Source of the DNA: an uncultured Kofleriaceae bacterium
GTDB taxonomy: Bacteria; Myxococcota_A; Polyangia; GCA-2747355; CAZCFB01
Direction: 5' to 3'
Assembly (NCBI GenBank): GCA_964497805.1
Contig: CAZCFB010000004.1
Coordinates: 6,648 to 70,647, forward strand
Length of the DNA stretch: 64,000 bases
How positions within the stretch are numbered: the first letter of the stretch is position 1; every line of letters starts with the position of its first letter. This document shows positions 1 to 9,553 of this stretch, piece after piece. A program made the translations under genes and the position numbers. The notes under the pieces are model-generated. The model searched no databases and had not been told where the DNA came from. It was given only the letters and a program-made list of their open reading frames with translations.

Positions 1-1693
1 GCTTGACCACCGACGCCTCGCCGTACTGCACGTTGACGTAGAAGCCCGGCTCCAGGCCCGAGCTGTCGAAGGGGTTGGCAGTGAGCGCCACGCCGTTGGC
101 CTCCTCGGCGGGGAAGGAGCGGTGCACCAGCAGGGCCATGCCCACCGACGCGTGGTCGATGCTGCGGTAGGTGCGCTCCTCGAAGGCGCGGAAGTACCAG
201 ACCGAGGACCACACCTCCCGCACCGCATCCAGCACCGGGCGCGTGGGGTCGTCCGGGTCGCCGCTCTTTGAGGTGTAGAGCCCGGCGCCAGTGAAGCCGT
301 CCAGGTCCTCGGCGTTGGTGCTGGAGCGGAAGCGCATGCGGGTGCCGGGGTAATCCTTCTTCAGCTTGGCCATGAGGGCCGCGGAGAAGGTGGCGTCCAC
401 CGGGGCCTTCATCATGTCCTGGCGCAGCAGGAGCAGCTGCCTGTCCCGCATGGCGGGGTCCGCCTTGAACTTGGCGTCGGCCAGCATCTGCTTGATGTAC
501 AGGTCGAAGCCGTTGTCCTTGAGGAACTTTTGGTAGTGGTACACCGGCACTGCGAAGGCCTTGGGCGCTGGCACATCCGCGCCGATCTTGGCCATGGCGC
601 CGTAGTGGCTGGCCTTGCCGCCGAAGGCCGGGATGGCGCTCTTCAGGGCCTTGCCCAGGGTGAACGAGGCGTCCAGCACCTTCTCGATGTCCCTCAGGTC
701 GGTGACCGTGGTGTCCATGGCGGGCACCTGCACCGCGGTGGGCTTGTTCTTGTCCCACCAGGCGTCAGCCTCGGCCTGGGTCACCTCCTTGACGGTGTAC
801 TCGAAGGCCTTTACCTCCAGCTTGACCCACCTGTCCTTGAGCCCCAGCAGGGTCTTGTCCGTGGACGCCCCGCGCAGGGCCATGTTTGGGGTGCCCCGGT
901 TCTGGGAGAGCACGTTGATGTGCGACAGCGGCGTCTGGAACTCGCCGGTGATGATGCCCATGACCACCGAGATGTCGTTGGGCACCCTGTCCAGCACCAC
1001 GATGTCCCTGAAGGAGACATAGGTGCTGGCCAGCTGGGCCGCGGTGTAGAAGCGCAGCCGCCCGTAGGCCACGCCCAGGTTCAGGGCCTGGTAATCGGTG
1101 CCCGCGTACAGCTCGTCGGTGGTGATCAGCGGCACCGAGGCCGGCAGCTTCTTGGCCTCGGCGGCCACGGTGAGGGAGGTGGGGTGGAACTTGAGCTGCT
1201 CGCCGAAGTATGAGGCCGAGGCGATGGCCCGGAAGGCCTTCTCGATCATGGCCGCCGAGGCCGTATCGTAGGGCGCGATCTCGTAGACCCACGCCTTGGG
1301 GCCTGAGTAGTAGGTCACCGCGCCGAGCAGGAAACGTCGGGAGGGCGAGTAGTACTCGGTCTTGTTGAACTGGCTCAGCGCGGGGACGATGGGCTTGCCG
1401 TTGCCCGACAGGTGCCTGGATACAAACTCCCAGTGGATCTGGTACTTGTTGACGTTTTGAAAATAGAGCTGGTCACCTCCCAGCTGGTCGACGACCACCT
1501 TCACCGAGCGGGCCCCGGGCAAGCTGGAGTCCAGGGGGGTGGAGGCCACGGTGAGGAAGTCCTGCTCACATCCCAGTTTCTGCACATGCTCGGGGGTGGC
1601 CCCCGAGGGGATCAGGCAGCGCCACACCACCGGCTCCTCGACGGTATCTTGCGGATCGCCGCACGCCCCGAGCAGAACCAGGGCCGCGGCCAT
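1..1693 (-). CDS. PEP/pyruvate-binding (PPDK N-terminal type) domain lipoprotein; C-terminus cut by window edge
   Basis: Absent from the ORF track because it runs off the edge. My minus-strand translation from ATG 1693 gives MAAALVLLGACGD (lipobox), a TPLSHINVLSQNRGTP swivel-like His segment, then GGKASHYGAMAKI, FRSSTNAEDLDGFTGAGLYTS and VWSSVWYFRAFEERTYR, typical of the PPDK_N nucleotide-binding domain. GTG at 1714 overlaps the upstream stop by 1 nt and is an alternative start. Confidence 0.7.
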   Translation of the reverse strand, partial: MAAALVLLGACGDPQDTVEEPVVWRCLIPSGATPEHVQKLGCEQDFLTVASTPLDSSLPGARSVKVVVDQLGGDQLYFQNVNKYQIHWEFVSRHLSGNGKPIVPALSQFNKTEYYSPSRRFLLGAVTYYSGPKAWVYEIAPYDTASAAMIEKAFRAIASASYFGEQLKFHPTSLTVAAEAKKLPASVPLITTDELYAGTDYQALNLGVAYGRLRFYTAAQLASTYVSFRDIVVLDRVPNDISVVMGIITGEFQTPLSHINVLSQNRGTPNMALRGASTDKTLLGLKDRWVKLEVKAFEYTVKEVTQAEADAWWDKNKPTAVQVPAMDTTVTDLRDIEKVLDASFTLGKALKSAIPAFGGKASHYGAMAKIGADVPAPKAFAVPVYHYQKFLKDNGFDLYIKQMLADAKFKADPAMRDRQLLLLRQDMMKAPVDATFSAALMAKLKKDYPGTRMRFRSSTNAEDLDGFTGAGLYTSKSGDPDDPTRPVLDAVREVWSSVWYFRAFEERTYRSIDHASVGMALLVHRSFPAEEANGVALTANPFDSSGLEPGFYVNVQYGEASVVK

Positions 1694-1713
1694 GACGCCC
1701 GCGTATCGTTCCA

Positions 1714-2691
1714 CTATTTGCATGTCAGGTCCTTTTGGCAGGTCTGCCCGGTGGGGCAGTCCGTGTCCCTGGTGCAGGAGGTGATGCCCGCCACCGACAG
1801 GTCCAGCTCCAGTGAGGAGACAACCGTGAACTGCATGCAGCCGGGGGTGATGTCGGCAGAGTCGGCGGTGCGGCGGGTCACGGTCAGGCCCGGGAACCCG
1901 GAGAGGCCCATCTTGTACAGCGCGGACACCATGGCCGCGGGGATGGTGTAGCTGCCCGTGTCCGGCACATTGTCGCAGGTGATCCAGCCGCCGGTGCCGC
2001 CGTGCTGGTTGATGTTCAGCTCGAGGTGAATACGGGCAGGTCCCGCGCGGGCAGGCGCCTTCCAGGTCACGGTCACCGCCTTGCCGCTCTCCACCAGGAC
2101 CTTGGCGCCACCGGCACCGGCGGCCACCTGCTCAATGCCCTGGCCCAACAAGGTCACGGGCTGGTAGTCCCCGCCGCCTGTTCTGAGCGCCAGGTCCGCC
2201 CCGGTGTCGAACCCGGGGTGGGGCAACGGTGAGGGGTTGGTGTAGTAGTTGATCGATCCGTTGGGGCTCATGCTGAGCGGTACCTTGAGGCCCGTGACGG
2301 TCACCGCGCCCACGCTGTGGCTCTTTGGGTACGGGATGCACTTGCCCGCCTCACCGCAGGTTTCACCCGGCACGCAGGAGGGCGTGCAGAACAGGCTGCG
2401 CGCGCTGTAGAGCCGGCACTCGGCCGTCTTGCTCACTTCGCTGGGGATATTGCCTGGCACCACGCCGTCGTACACCTGCCCCTGGACGCCGGTGAAGGCC
2501 GCGGCCAGGGTGGCCTCGATGCCGCCCACCTTCTTGTCCTCGGCGCACGGCTTGTAGTGGGTCAGCGGGCCCACGGTGCCATCGGCTGCCCTGCTGTCGC
2601 CGTCCTCGTCGCCGCACGCTCCCGTGACCAGGAGCGCGCACAGGGTAAGCACGCCTAGAATCGTCCCATCTGGGGCTCCTTGAGCGCTCAT
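1714..2691 (-). CDS. Secreted lipoprotein, unknown function
   Basis: ORF 1714..2934 trimmed to the internal ATG at 2691, which gives MSAQGAPDGTILGVLTLCALLVTGACGDE (signal peptide plus lipobox). High GC3 frame, several Cys pairs. Lies between two other lipoprotein genes on the same strand. Confidence 0.7.
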   Translation of the reverse strand: MSAQGAPDGTILGVLTLCALLVTGACGDEDGDSRAADGTVGPLTHYKPCAEDKKVGGIEATLAAAFTGVQGQVYDGVVPGNIPSEVSKTAECRLYSARSLFCTPSCVPGETCGEAGKCIPYPKSHSVGAVTVTGLKVPLSMSPNGSINYYTNPSPLPHPGFDTGADLALRTGGGDYQPVTLLGQGIEQVAAGAGGAKVLVESGKAVTVTWKAPARAGPARIHLELNINQHGGTGGWITCDNVPDTGSYTIPAAMVSALYKMGLSGFPGLTVTRRTADSADITPGCMQFTVVSSLELDLSVAGITSCTRDTDCPTGQTCQKDLTCK

Positions 2692-2711
2692 CAGATCTCC
2701 TCTCGTTCCCG

Positions 2712-3476
2712 TCACGGGGTCAGGGCGAAGCAGTAGATGCCGCCGTATCCCCCGGCGCCCCCGACAATGTTCGTGCCCTTGCCGCTGCCCACCTGCTTGA
2801 GCTGCACCCCGGCTGCGCACCCCGGCACCTTGTGCGCCTGGATCCAACCGGGGCTCTTGGAGGAGGGCCAGGAGTGGCCGGCGTAGACCTTCTTCTCCGA
2901 GCCTGGGCCCACGGCGCTGGTCCAGTCCTGGCATGTGCTGGCCGGGTCCGTGCTGTTGAGCTTGCCCTGGGCATTGGATCCGGTGAGCACATCGTGGTTG
3001 TCGCCGAACTGCTTCTGGGTCTGGCCATGCTCGTTGGGCAGGTCGTTGGCGATCTGGGGATCGCCCGCTGGCCGCTGCTGGGTCAGGCTCTGGATGTTGC
3101 TGGCCACCAGCCGGCCGATGCGGTCGTACCAGGGCCCCTTGCCGATGCGGTCGATGGCGTTGACCGGCTTTCCGCTGGAGTCCCTGGTGACGCTCAGGAA
3201 GGCCCGCCAGGTTTTGGATCCGAAGCCGACCCCGGCCGCGGTCTGCTGACAGATCTTGTCCGCGCCGCTCAATCCCCCCAGGTCGCCGCCGAAGCCGTCC
3301 TGGCTGCCCGAGAGCTTGCGCATGGTCTCCAGGCTGGTGACGAAGAAGCTGAAGGTGGCGGCGCCGGCCTCGGATCCAGGGGCCACGCCATCGGATACGC
3401 CGATGTCCTGGGGCGCGTCAGCTGCACGGCCCGAGCAGGCGGCGCCCTGGAGCACCACTAGAATTAACATTAACAT
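2712..3476 (-). CDS. Secreted lipoprotein, possibly DUF1554-like
   Basis: ORF 2712..3548 trimmed to MLMLILVVLQGAACSG (lipobox). FFVTS...GGDLGGLSGADKICQ resembles the DUF1554 N-terminal signature as I remember it; that family assignment is tentative. Confidence 0.65.
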   Translation of the reverse strand: MLMLILVVLQGAACSGRAADAPQDIGVSDGVAPGSEAGAATFSFFVTSLETMRKLSGSQDGFGGDLGGLSGADKICQQTAAGVGFGSKTWRAFLSVTRDSSGKPVNAIDRIGKGPWYDRIGRLVASNIQSLTQQRPAGDPQIANDLPNEHGQTQKQFGDNHDVLTGSNAQGKLNSTDPASTCQDWTSAVGPGSEKKVYAGHSWPSSKSPGWIQAHKVPGCAAGVQLKQVGSGKGTNIVGGAGGYGGIYCFALTP

Positions 3477-3632
3477 TGAACGTGTAAGCACTTGACACTC
3501 CCTCAAATACAAAAACCTGCAACAACAACCCCCATTCATCTCTTTCAAGTGTCGATGGAGGTCAAAAAGGGCTCACGGAAGCGCCATATTGCGCGTGAGC
3601 CGTTTCGGAGAGCCCGGTACACTTGATAGGTA

Positions 3633-4283
3633 ATGGTCGAATCAATCCCCCCAGCAGGCCGCGAGGCCTCCCGGCCCGAGATCTCAAATGGCCGGGAATT
3701 CCCCGGAGACGACGCCGCCCTGGTGGCCGCCCTCCAGCGGGGAGATCCGGGCGCCCCGGCCGCGCTCTTTGACCGCCACGGCGAGCATGTGCAGCGGGTG
3801 CTGGCCAATGTCCTGGGCCTGGACAACGACCTGCCCGACCTTGTGCACGAGGTGTTCGCCCGGGCGCTCAAGGGGATCCATGGCATCCGCGAGGAGAGCC
3901 ACCTCAAGGCCTGGATCACGCGCATCGCCGTGTTCACCGCCCGGGGTCACATCCGCCAGCGGGTCCGCAAGCGCTGGCTGCTCTTCTTCGCCCCGGAGGA
4001 CCTGCCTGAACCTCCGTCCACCGAGCTGGCTCCGGAGACTCGCGAGGCCCTGCGCAGCACCTACGCGGTAATGGACCGCATGCCAGCTGACCAGCGCATC
4101 GCCTTCTCCCTGCGCTTTGTGCAGGGCATGAAGCTCAAGGAGGTGGCCCAGGCCTGCGATGTCTCCCTGGCCACCATCAAGCGGCGGCTCTCGGCGGCCG
4201 AGAAGCAGTTCCTGAAGCTGGCCCGGCAGGAGGAGGCGCTGCGGCCCTGGATCGAGGAGGGGAGGCGATGGGGAAGCCGCTAA
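3633..4283 (+). CDS. ECF (sigma-24 family) RNA polymerase sigma factor
   Basis: Region 2 (DDAALVAALQRGDPGAPAALFDRHGEHVQRVL ... DLVHEVFARA) and region 4 HTH (QRIAFSLRFVQGMKLKEVAQACDVSLATIKRRL). Followed by an overlapping FecR-type gene. Confidence 0.9.
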   Translation: MVESIPPAGREASRPEISNGREFPGDDAALVAALQRGDPGAPAALFDRHGEHVQRVLANVLGLDNDLPDLVHEVFARALKGIHGIREESHLKAWITRIAVFTARGHIRQRVRKRWLLFFAPEDLPEPPSTELAPETREALRSTYAVMDRMPADQRIAFSLRFVQGMKLKEVAQACDVSLATIKRRLSAAEKQFLKLARQEEALRPWIEEGRRWGSR

Positions 4284-5926
4284 AGCCGCTGGATGATCTA
4301 CGGCAGGAGGTGCCCTCCGCCATGGATCCAGAGCTGCGCCGGCGCGGCGTGCTTGATGAAGCCCGGCAGCGTTTCCTGCTCGACAATCCCCAGGCGCGGG
4401 AGGAGCTGCTCGTGAGCATGGGGCAGGCGGTGGACGAGGCCCACCAGGCCGAGCTGAAGCAACGGCTGGACCTGGCAAGGGTGAGGACCCGCCTGCTGGC
4501 GCGTCCCGAGAGGCGGCGGAGCACTCGCCGCTGGATGTGGGCAGCCAGCCTGGGCGCGAGCGCCGCGGTTGCCACAGCGCTCCTGGTCGTCCTGCTCGGT
4601 GGCGCGCGGCCGCTGACCTTCACCGTGGACAGCGAGGCAGGAGAGGTGGGGCGCTGGCTCTCGGTGGCTGAAGCCGACCAGGCCCTGGACATGCGCTTCT
4701 CCGACGGATCCAACCTGCGCCTTGAGCCTGGCACCAACTCGCGGGTCACCCGCCTCACCCGTGACAGCGCCCATGTGGGCCTGGAGCAGGGAACCCTCGA
4801 CGTGCGAGTGGTGCCCAACGGGGACAAGCTCTGGGTGCTGGCCGTGGGCCCCTTCTCGGTGACGGTGGTGGGGACCCGGTTCCAGGTGAGCTGGGATCAA
4901 AAGACCAAGCACTTCTCCATGACCATGCGACGGGGAAAGGTGATGGTGCATGGCCCGACGCTGGGCGAGCGGGAGCTGGTCAAGGGCGAGTCGGTGGATG
5001 TCTGGGTGGGGGCCCGGCGCATGGTATTCACCGCCGCCGGAGCCAGGCCCGTGGCCCGGGTAGAGGCCACACGGCCACAGGAAGAGAGCGAGCCGGTTCA
5101 GGTGCCCCGGGCGCCCGCCAACAAGGCGTCCCTGCCCCTTGTCGGAGGCGAGGAGGTCCAGGGCCAGGCAGCCCCGGCCAAGCCAGAGCGGCTGGCGGCG
5201 GCCCCCAAGGTTCACCGCCGTCAGGCCCGGACCGGCAGACAGCGGGCCTCGGCGCCCTCCTCTGCCCTGCCCACGCAGGGGACCATGCCTCTGGAGCCAC
5301 CGCCGAGCCCTCCGAAGCCTGACCGGGAAGAGCCGACGCCGGCCAGGGAAACGCCCCCGGTTGCAGAGCCCGAAGCGCCTGTCCGGGACGAGCCTCCCCC
5401 TCCGGCGCCGGCCAAGGATCCGCCACCACCAACGGCCTCTCCCCGGCCGTGGGACCTGGCGTCGTCAGGCAAGTACAGCCAGGCCATGGCAGCCGCCCGC
5501 AAGATTGGCTGGGACAAGATCCTGACCAGCGCCCGGGCGGAGCAGCTCGCCGCGCTGGCCACCGCAGCGCGCACCCAGGGCAGCCCCGGCATCGCCATGA
5601 AGCTGCTCAAAGCCATCCGCCGCCGCTTCCCGGCCACCGCCAGCGCCGCCGAGGCCACCTTCACCCTGGGCACCATCTCGGTGCACCAGATCAAGGACCA
5701 CGACGACGCTGCGAGCTGGTTCAAGCTCTACCTGAAGCAGTGGCCTGAAGGCCCGTTGGCCCTGGCAGCCCGCGGCCGGCTGGTGGAGTGCTTGCACCGC
5801 GCGGGCAGAGGGGCCGAGGCCTGCGCCGCCGCCCGGGCCTACAGGACCGACCACCCGCGCGGGCCCCACATCCGGTTCGTGCGCAAGGTCCTGCTCAGGT
5901 GCCCCACCAGGGGGCTCACCCGGTGA
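4268..5926 (+). CDS. FecR-domain anti-sigma factor with Pro-rich linker and TPR-like C-terminus
   Basis: Overlaps the sigma gene by 16 nt. One TM segment (WMWAASLGASAAVATALLVVLLGG), a FecR-like beta region (FSDGSNLRLEPGTNSRV...GTRFQVSWD), a long P/A/E-rich spacer and a helical repeat C-terminus. Confidence 0.8.
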   Translation: MGKPLKPLDDLRQEVPSAMDPELRRRGVLDEARQRFLLDNPQAREELLVSMGQAVDEAHQAELKQRLDLARVRTRLLARPERRRSTRRWMWAASLGASAAVATALLVVLLGGARPLTFTVDSEAGEVGRWLSVAEADQALDMRFSDGSNLRLEPGTNSRVTRLTRDSAHVGLEQGTLDVRVVPNGDKLWVLAVGPFSVTVVGTRFQVSWDQKTKHFSMTMRRGKVMVHGPTLGERELVKGESVDVWVGARRMVFTAAGARPVARVEATRPQEESEPVQVPRAPANKASLPLVGGEEVQGQAAPAKPERLAAAPKVHRRQARTGRQRASAPSSALPTQGTMPLEPPPSPPKPDREEPTPARETPPVAEPEAPVRDEPPPPAPAKDPPPPTASPRPWDLASSGKYSQAMAAARKIGWDKILTSARAEQLAALATAARTQGSPGIAMKLLKAIRRRFPATASAAEATFTLGTISVHQIKDHDDAASWFKLYLKQWPEGPLALAARGRLVECLHRAGRGAEACAAARAYRTDHPRGPHIRFVRKVLLRCPTRGLTR

Positions 5927-6921
5927 AGCGCGCGTCAGCGCTGGTTGCCGCCGCTGCCCTGGCCCTGACCGCCGGTCCCGCGCTGGCTGACAGCCCGGCC
6001 CGGCAGGTGGTGATCACCGGCTCGGTGGCGGACTCCCCGACGCTGCGCCGGCTGGAGGCAGAGCTGCGCGCCGTGGACCTGGCTCCCGTCTTCGCCCGTG
6101 AGGCCGGCGCAGAAGACAAACCCCCGCGAGAAATCATGCGCCGCCACAACGCCCAGGCCTTGATCGTGCTGGGGGAGGCCGGTCGGGTGACCGCCATCCA
6201 CCTGGAGCGGGACGTGCCGGGCACCCACCGGGTGACGCCCGCGGCTTCCGGGGGTGAAGGTCCTGACATTTCCCTGTTGCGGGCGGTGGAGCTGCTGCGG
6301 GCCGAGCTCATGCCCCTGCCCTCCTCCCCCGACGAGCCGGGCATGGATCGTACCCGCGCGCGCCCGATCGGCCCCCGCGGGACGGTTGATCTCCCCGGGG
6401 ACACCCACCCCTGGCGCCTTCGCCTGGCCGCTGGCCCCACCTTCTCCCCTGGCGGCATCCTGGCCACCGGCCACCTCTGGTTGATTCCGGCTCTGCGGGC
6501 GCTGGACTGGTTGGAGGTTGAGCTGAGCCTCGTCTTCCCCCTGGGCCCGGCCACCGTGGAGGAGGCGGAGGGTTCGGCTGACGTGCACATCGGCCTGGCC
6601 ACCGCGGGCGTGCGCTTCTTGCCCTGGCGCGAACGGTGGCGGCTGCGCCCCTCCCTGAGCCTGGGCGTGGGGGCTATCCTCGTGCACATGCAGGGGACCG
6701 CCGCCGCTGGATACGAGGACGGGGAGGACTGGGTGGCCAGCTTCGCCGGCGCCGCCGGGGGCGGACTGTCCCTGCGCCTGCCCTGGCGGCTCTGGGTACA
6801 ACTCGATGCCCTGGTGGGCGTGGCCCTGCCCCGGCCAGCGGTGGGATTCGCCGGACGGACCGCGGCCACCTGGGGGCAGCCCTTTGTTAACGTGAACCTC
6901 GGCCTGGGGGTGCGCCTGTGA
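5923..6921 (+). CDS. Secreted protein with beta-barrel-like C-terminal half
   Basis: GTG 5923 overlaps the anti-sigma stop (GTGA). Signal peptide VKRASALVAAAALALTAGPALADS. The C-terminal ~170 aa alternate hydrophobic and polar residues (WRLRLAAGPTF...VNVNLGLGVRL), consistent with a small outer-membrane barrel. Confidence 0.6.
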   Translation: MKRASALVAAAALALTAGPALADSPARQVVITGSVADSPTLRRLEAELRAVDLAPVFAREAGAEDKPPREIMRRHNAQALIVLGEAGRVTAIHLERDVPGTHRVTPAASGGEGPDISLLRAVELLRAELMPLPSSPDEPGMDRTRARPIGPRGTVDLPGDTHPWRLRLAAGPTFSPGGILATGHLWLIPALRALDWLEVELSLVFPLGPATVEEAEGSADVHIGLATAGVRFLPWRERWRLRPSLSLGVGAILVHMQGTAAAGYEDGEDWVASFAGAAGGGLSLRLPWRLWVQLDALVGVALPRPAVGFAGRTAATWGQPFVNVNLGLGVRL

Positions 6922-8000
6922 TACCCGGACGTACCCTCACCGTACCCGCCGTGTTGGTCCTGCTGGCGCTGACTGGTTGCGGCGAAACCATGGGCGAGGC
7001 CATCGGGCCAGGGGTCTCCGACGGAGGCGCCGGGGGCGTCACCGTGCCGGAGTCCATACGCGGCCTGTGGACAGGCAAGGACGGCCGCGTCTGCGCCTGC
7101 GGCGACGGGGCGCTCTATTTGCGCGAGCCCGCTGACAAGGCCTGGAAGACCCTCGGCCTGAGCAGCAAGGACCTGGCCACCCTCAAGGGCCTCCGCCTGC
7201 TCGGGGTCGCGTGCCCCTCGGCCGGCCAGATCGTGGCTGTGGGCAGCACCACCGCCCTGCCCCCCGCCCCGCGGATTGCCCTGTTCACCCGCGCGGCGTC
7301 CTGGCAGCTGCAGACCTTCCAGCCAGACAAGAAGGGGGAGCTCACCGCGCTGGCCGTGCACGGCAACAACGAGTACTTTGCCGTGGGCTATCGTCCCGTG
7401 GGCAAGCCGGGATCGGGGTTCAGGCCGTGGAGCATCACGAGCGCGGACCCCTCCTCGGGGATCTGGAAGGAAGAACAATCCCTGACCGGTCATCAACCCC
7501 TGCGCGACATCTGGATCCGCCCCGACGGCCAGCGCGTGGTGGTGGGCGACTCCGGGCTCCTGATGCATAGCTCCGGCAAGGACAAGCCCCTCGCGGTTGA
7601 GACAAACCCCCTGGGCGCGGTGGCCATGCGCGCCGCCTGGGCCCCGGACACATCTTCTTTCGTGGCGGCCGGCGACAGCGGCGCCCTGCTCATCAGGCAG
7701 TCCAGCGGCACCTGGCGCCCCATGGCGGGCAAGAAGATCTCGGGCATCAGCTGGCGCGCCATCCACGGCTCCTCCAGCGGCAACATCATCGCGGTGGGCC
7801 GCCAGGATCTGGCCCACCACGACGGGAGCAACTGGCGGGAGCTGAAGAACATCACCGGCTTGCCCGCCACCCGGGACCTGCGCGCCATCCGCATGGAGCG
7901 GGGCCCCGGCCCGAGCCGGCTGCACCTGGCCGGCAAGGGGCTGCTGGCCACCTGCACCGTCCACAAGGGAGCGCCCCCGGCCCTGACCTGCGGCCCATGA
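6918..8000 (+). CDS. Beta-propeller-like lipoprotein
   Basis: GTG 6918 overlaps the previous stop (GTGA). Lipobox LLALTGCGE. Recurrent blade-like motifs (VAVGS, FAVGY, VVVGDSGLL, FVAAGDSGALL, IIAVGRQ). A paralogue-like gene lies at 25502..26725. Confidence 0.7.
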   Translation: MIPGRTLTVPAVLVLLALTGCGETMGEAIGPGVSDGGAGGVTVPESIRGLWTGKDGRVCACGDGALYLREPADKAWKTLGLSSKDLATLKGLRLLGVACPSAGQIVAVGSTTALPPAPRIALFTRAASWQLQTFQPDKKGELTALAVHGNNEYFAVGYRPVGKPGSGFRPWSITSADPSSGIWKEEQSLTGHQPLRDIWIRPDGQRVVVGDSGLLMHSSGKDKPLAVETNPLGAVAMRAAWAPDTSSFVAAGDSGALLIRQSSGTWRPMAGKKISGISWRAIHGSSSGNIIAVGRQDLAHHDGSNWRELKNITGLPATRDLRAIRMERGPGPSRLHLAGKGLLATCTVHKGAPPALTCGP

Positions 8001-8211
8001 TTTTGACGCCGCCCGCATGAATCATCGCCTCCCGGAAATTGGGTCAGGGGGCCGTAGCGAGGCGGTCGGGACCTAAGGGGTAGTGGACACGCGACGGTGA
8101 AAGCATACTGGTTGTACGGTGAGACGGCGCGGGAGCCGCTACACCGACGGTAGCGGCCGCCGCAGTAGGTCAACTGGCGCAATTTCCGGGATAGGGCATG
8201 ATGAACCGACC

Positions 8212-9462
8212 ATGCGCAACCTGACCGTTCCGGAGCGGAGCTGGGTCCTCTACGACTGGGCCAACTCCGCCTACTCCATCGCCATCACCACCGCGATCTT
8301 CCCGATCTTCTACAAGTCGATCACGCCGGACGAGATCTACGTGACCACCTGGGGCTACGCCAACAGCTTCGCCTCCCTGCTGGTGGCGTGCATGGCCCCG
8401 GTGCTCGGCACCATCGCCGACTACTGGCTGCGCAAGAAGCGCTTCTTCGTCGCCTTCTTCCTCATGGCGGTTGTCACCACCCTCTGCCTCTCCCTGGTGG
8501 GCGACGGGATGTGGATGCTCGGGATCGCGCTCTACATCATCTCCCGCGTGGGCTGGGGCGGGGCCAACGTCTTCTACGACGCCTTCCTCACCGACGTGAC
8601 CACCGAGGAGCGCATGGACTGGGTCTCGGCCAGCGGCTTCGGCTGGGGCTATATCGGCTCCACCATCCCCTTCGTGGCTGGCCTGGGCCTGATCCTCTCC
8701 GCCGAGAAGCTGGGCCTCACAACCGGGGGTGCCACCCGAATCTCCTTCCTGATCACCGGCGCCTGGTGGGCCGTATTCTCGCTGCCGATGATCCGCAACG
8801 TGAAGCAGCAGTTCGGCATCGACCCGTCGCCCACGCCCATCCGCGACAGCTTCTCCCGGCTGGGGCGCACCCTGCGTCACATCCGCGCCCGGCGCCGGGT
8901 GTTCCTGTTCCTGGTGGCCTACTTCTTCTACATCGACGGGGTGGACACCATCATCACCATGGCCACGCCCATCGCCCTGAGCATCGGCATCGACTCCAAC
9001 ACCCTGCTGGTGATCCTGCTGGCCATCCAGGTGGTGGCCTTCCCCTGCGCCCTGCTCTACGGGCGGCTAGCCCGCACCGTGGGCGCCTACCGAATGATCC
9101 TGGCCGGCATCCTGGTCTACGTGGGCGTGGTGATCCTGGCCTACCTCCTGCCCAGCGTGCCCGACGCCGGCATGCGCACCGCCCTGTTCTGGGTCCTCTC
9201 CATGCTGGTGGCCACGAGCATGGGCGGCATCCAGTCCCTGAGCCGCTCCATGTTCGGCAAGCTGATCCCCAAGGAGCGCGCCGCGGAGTTCTTCGGCTTC
9301 TACAACATCTTTGGCAAGTTCGCGGCCATCATGGGCCCGTCCATGGTGGCCGGCATGACCCAGCTCACCGGCCAGGAGCGGTACGGCATCCTGAGCATCC
9401 TGCTCCTCTTCGTGGTGGGAGGCCTCCTCTTGCGAAGCATCGGCGCCGGCCAGGAAAAATAG
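8212..9462 (+). CDS. MFS transporter, UMF1/Atg22-like family
   Basis: ORF 8119..9462 trimmed to MRNLTVPERSWVLYDWANSAYSIAITTAIFPIFY, the typical UMF1 N-terminus. About 12 hydrophobic segments. Confidence 0.85.
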   Translation: MRNLTVPERSWVLYDWANSAYSIAITTAIFPIFYKSITPDEIYVTTWGYANSFASLLVACMAPVLGTIADYWLRKKRFFVAFFLMAVVTTLCLSLVGDGMWMLGIALYIISRVGWGGANVFYDAFLTDVTTEERMDWVSASGFGWGYIGSTIPFVAGLGLILSAEKLGLTTGGATRISFLITGAWWAVFSLPMIRNVKQQFGIDPSPTPIRDSFSRLGRTLRHIRARRRVFLFLVAYFFYIDGVDTIITMATPIALSIGIDSNTLLVILLAIQVVAFPCALLYGRLARTVGAYRMILAGILVYVGVVILAYLLPSVPDAGMRTALFWVLSMLVATSMGGIQSLSRSMFGKLIPKERAAEFFGFYNIFGKFAAIMGPSMVAGMTQLTGQERYGILSILLLFVVGGLLLRSIGAGQEK

Positions 9463-9553
9463 CGCAGACCTTTTCACCTCCCCGCGCGTAGTAAAAGAGG
9501 TCCGGGGGCGCCGGCCCCTGTTCAACTCATTCTCGGCGGAGGAGGTGCGTGCC

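Noticed and set aside
5916-8018. 700-aa minus-strand ORF, plus many similar long ORFs (e.g. 18873..20507 +, 29743..30930 +, 37163..38605 -, 41814..43103 +, 43820..45559 +, 50571..51857 +, 52550..54007 +, 57006..59063 -, 61722..63086 -)
   Set aside because: They lie antisense or out of frame to genes with clear family motifs. Their products are Arg/Gly/Pro/Ala/His-rich low-complexity strings with no recognisable domains. These are the usual shadow ORFs of a genome with few stop triplets.
8001-8211. Possible riboswitch or regulatory RNA upstream of the MFS transporter (hairpin GCCGCTAC-N7-GTAGCGGC near 8143-8165; direct repeat ACGGTGA at 8094 and 8116)
   Set aside because: I could not match it to any riboswitch consensus I know. 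The elements are short enough to occur by chance. Noted only as a place to look if RNA-seq data exist.
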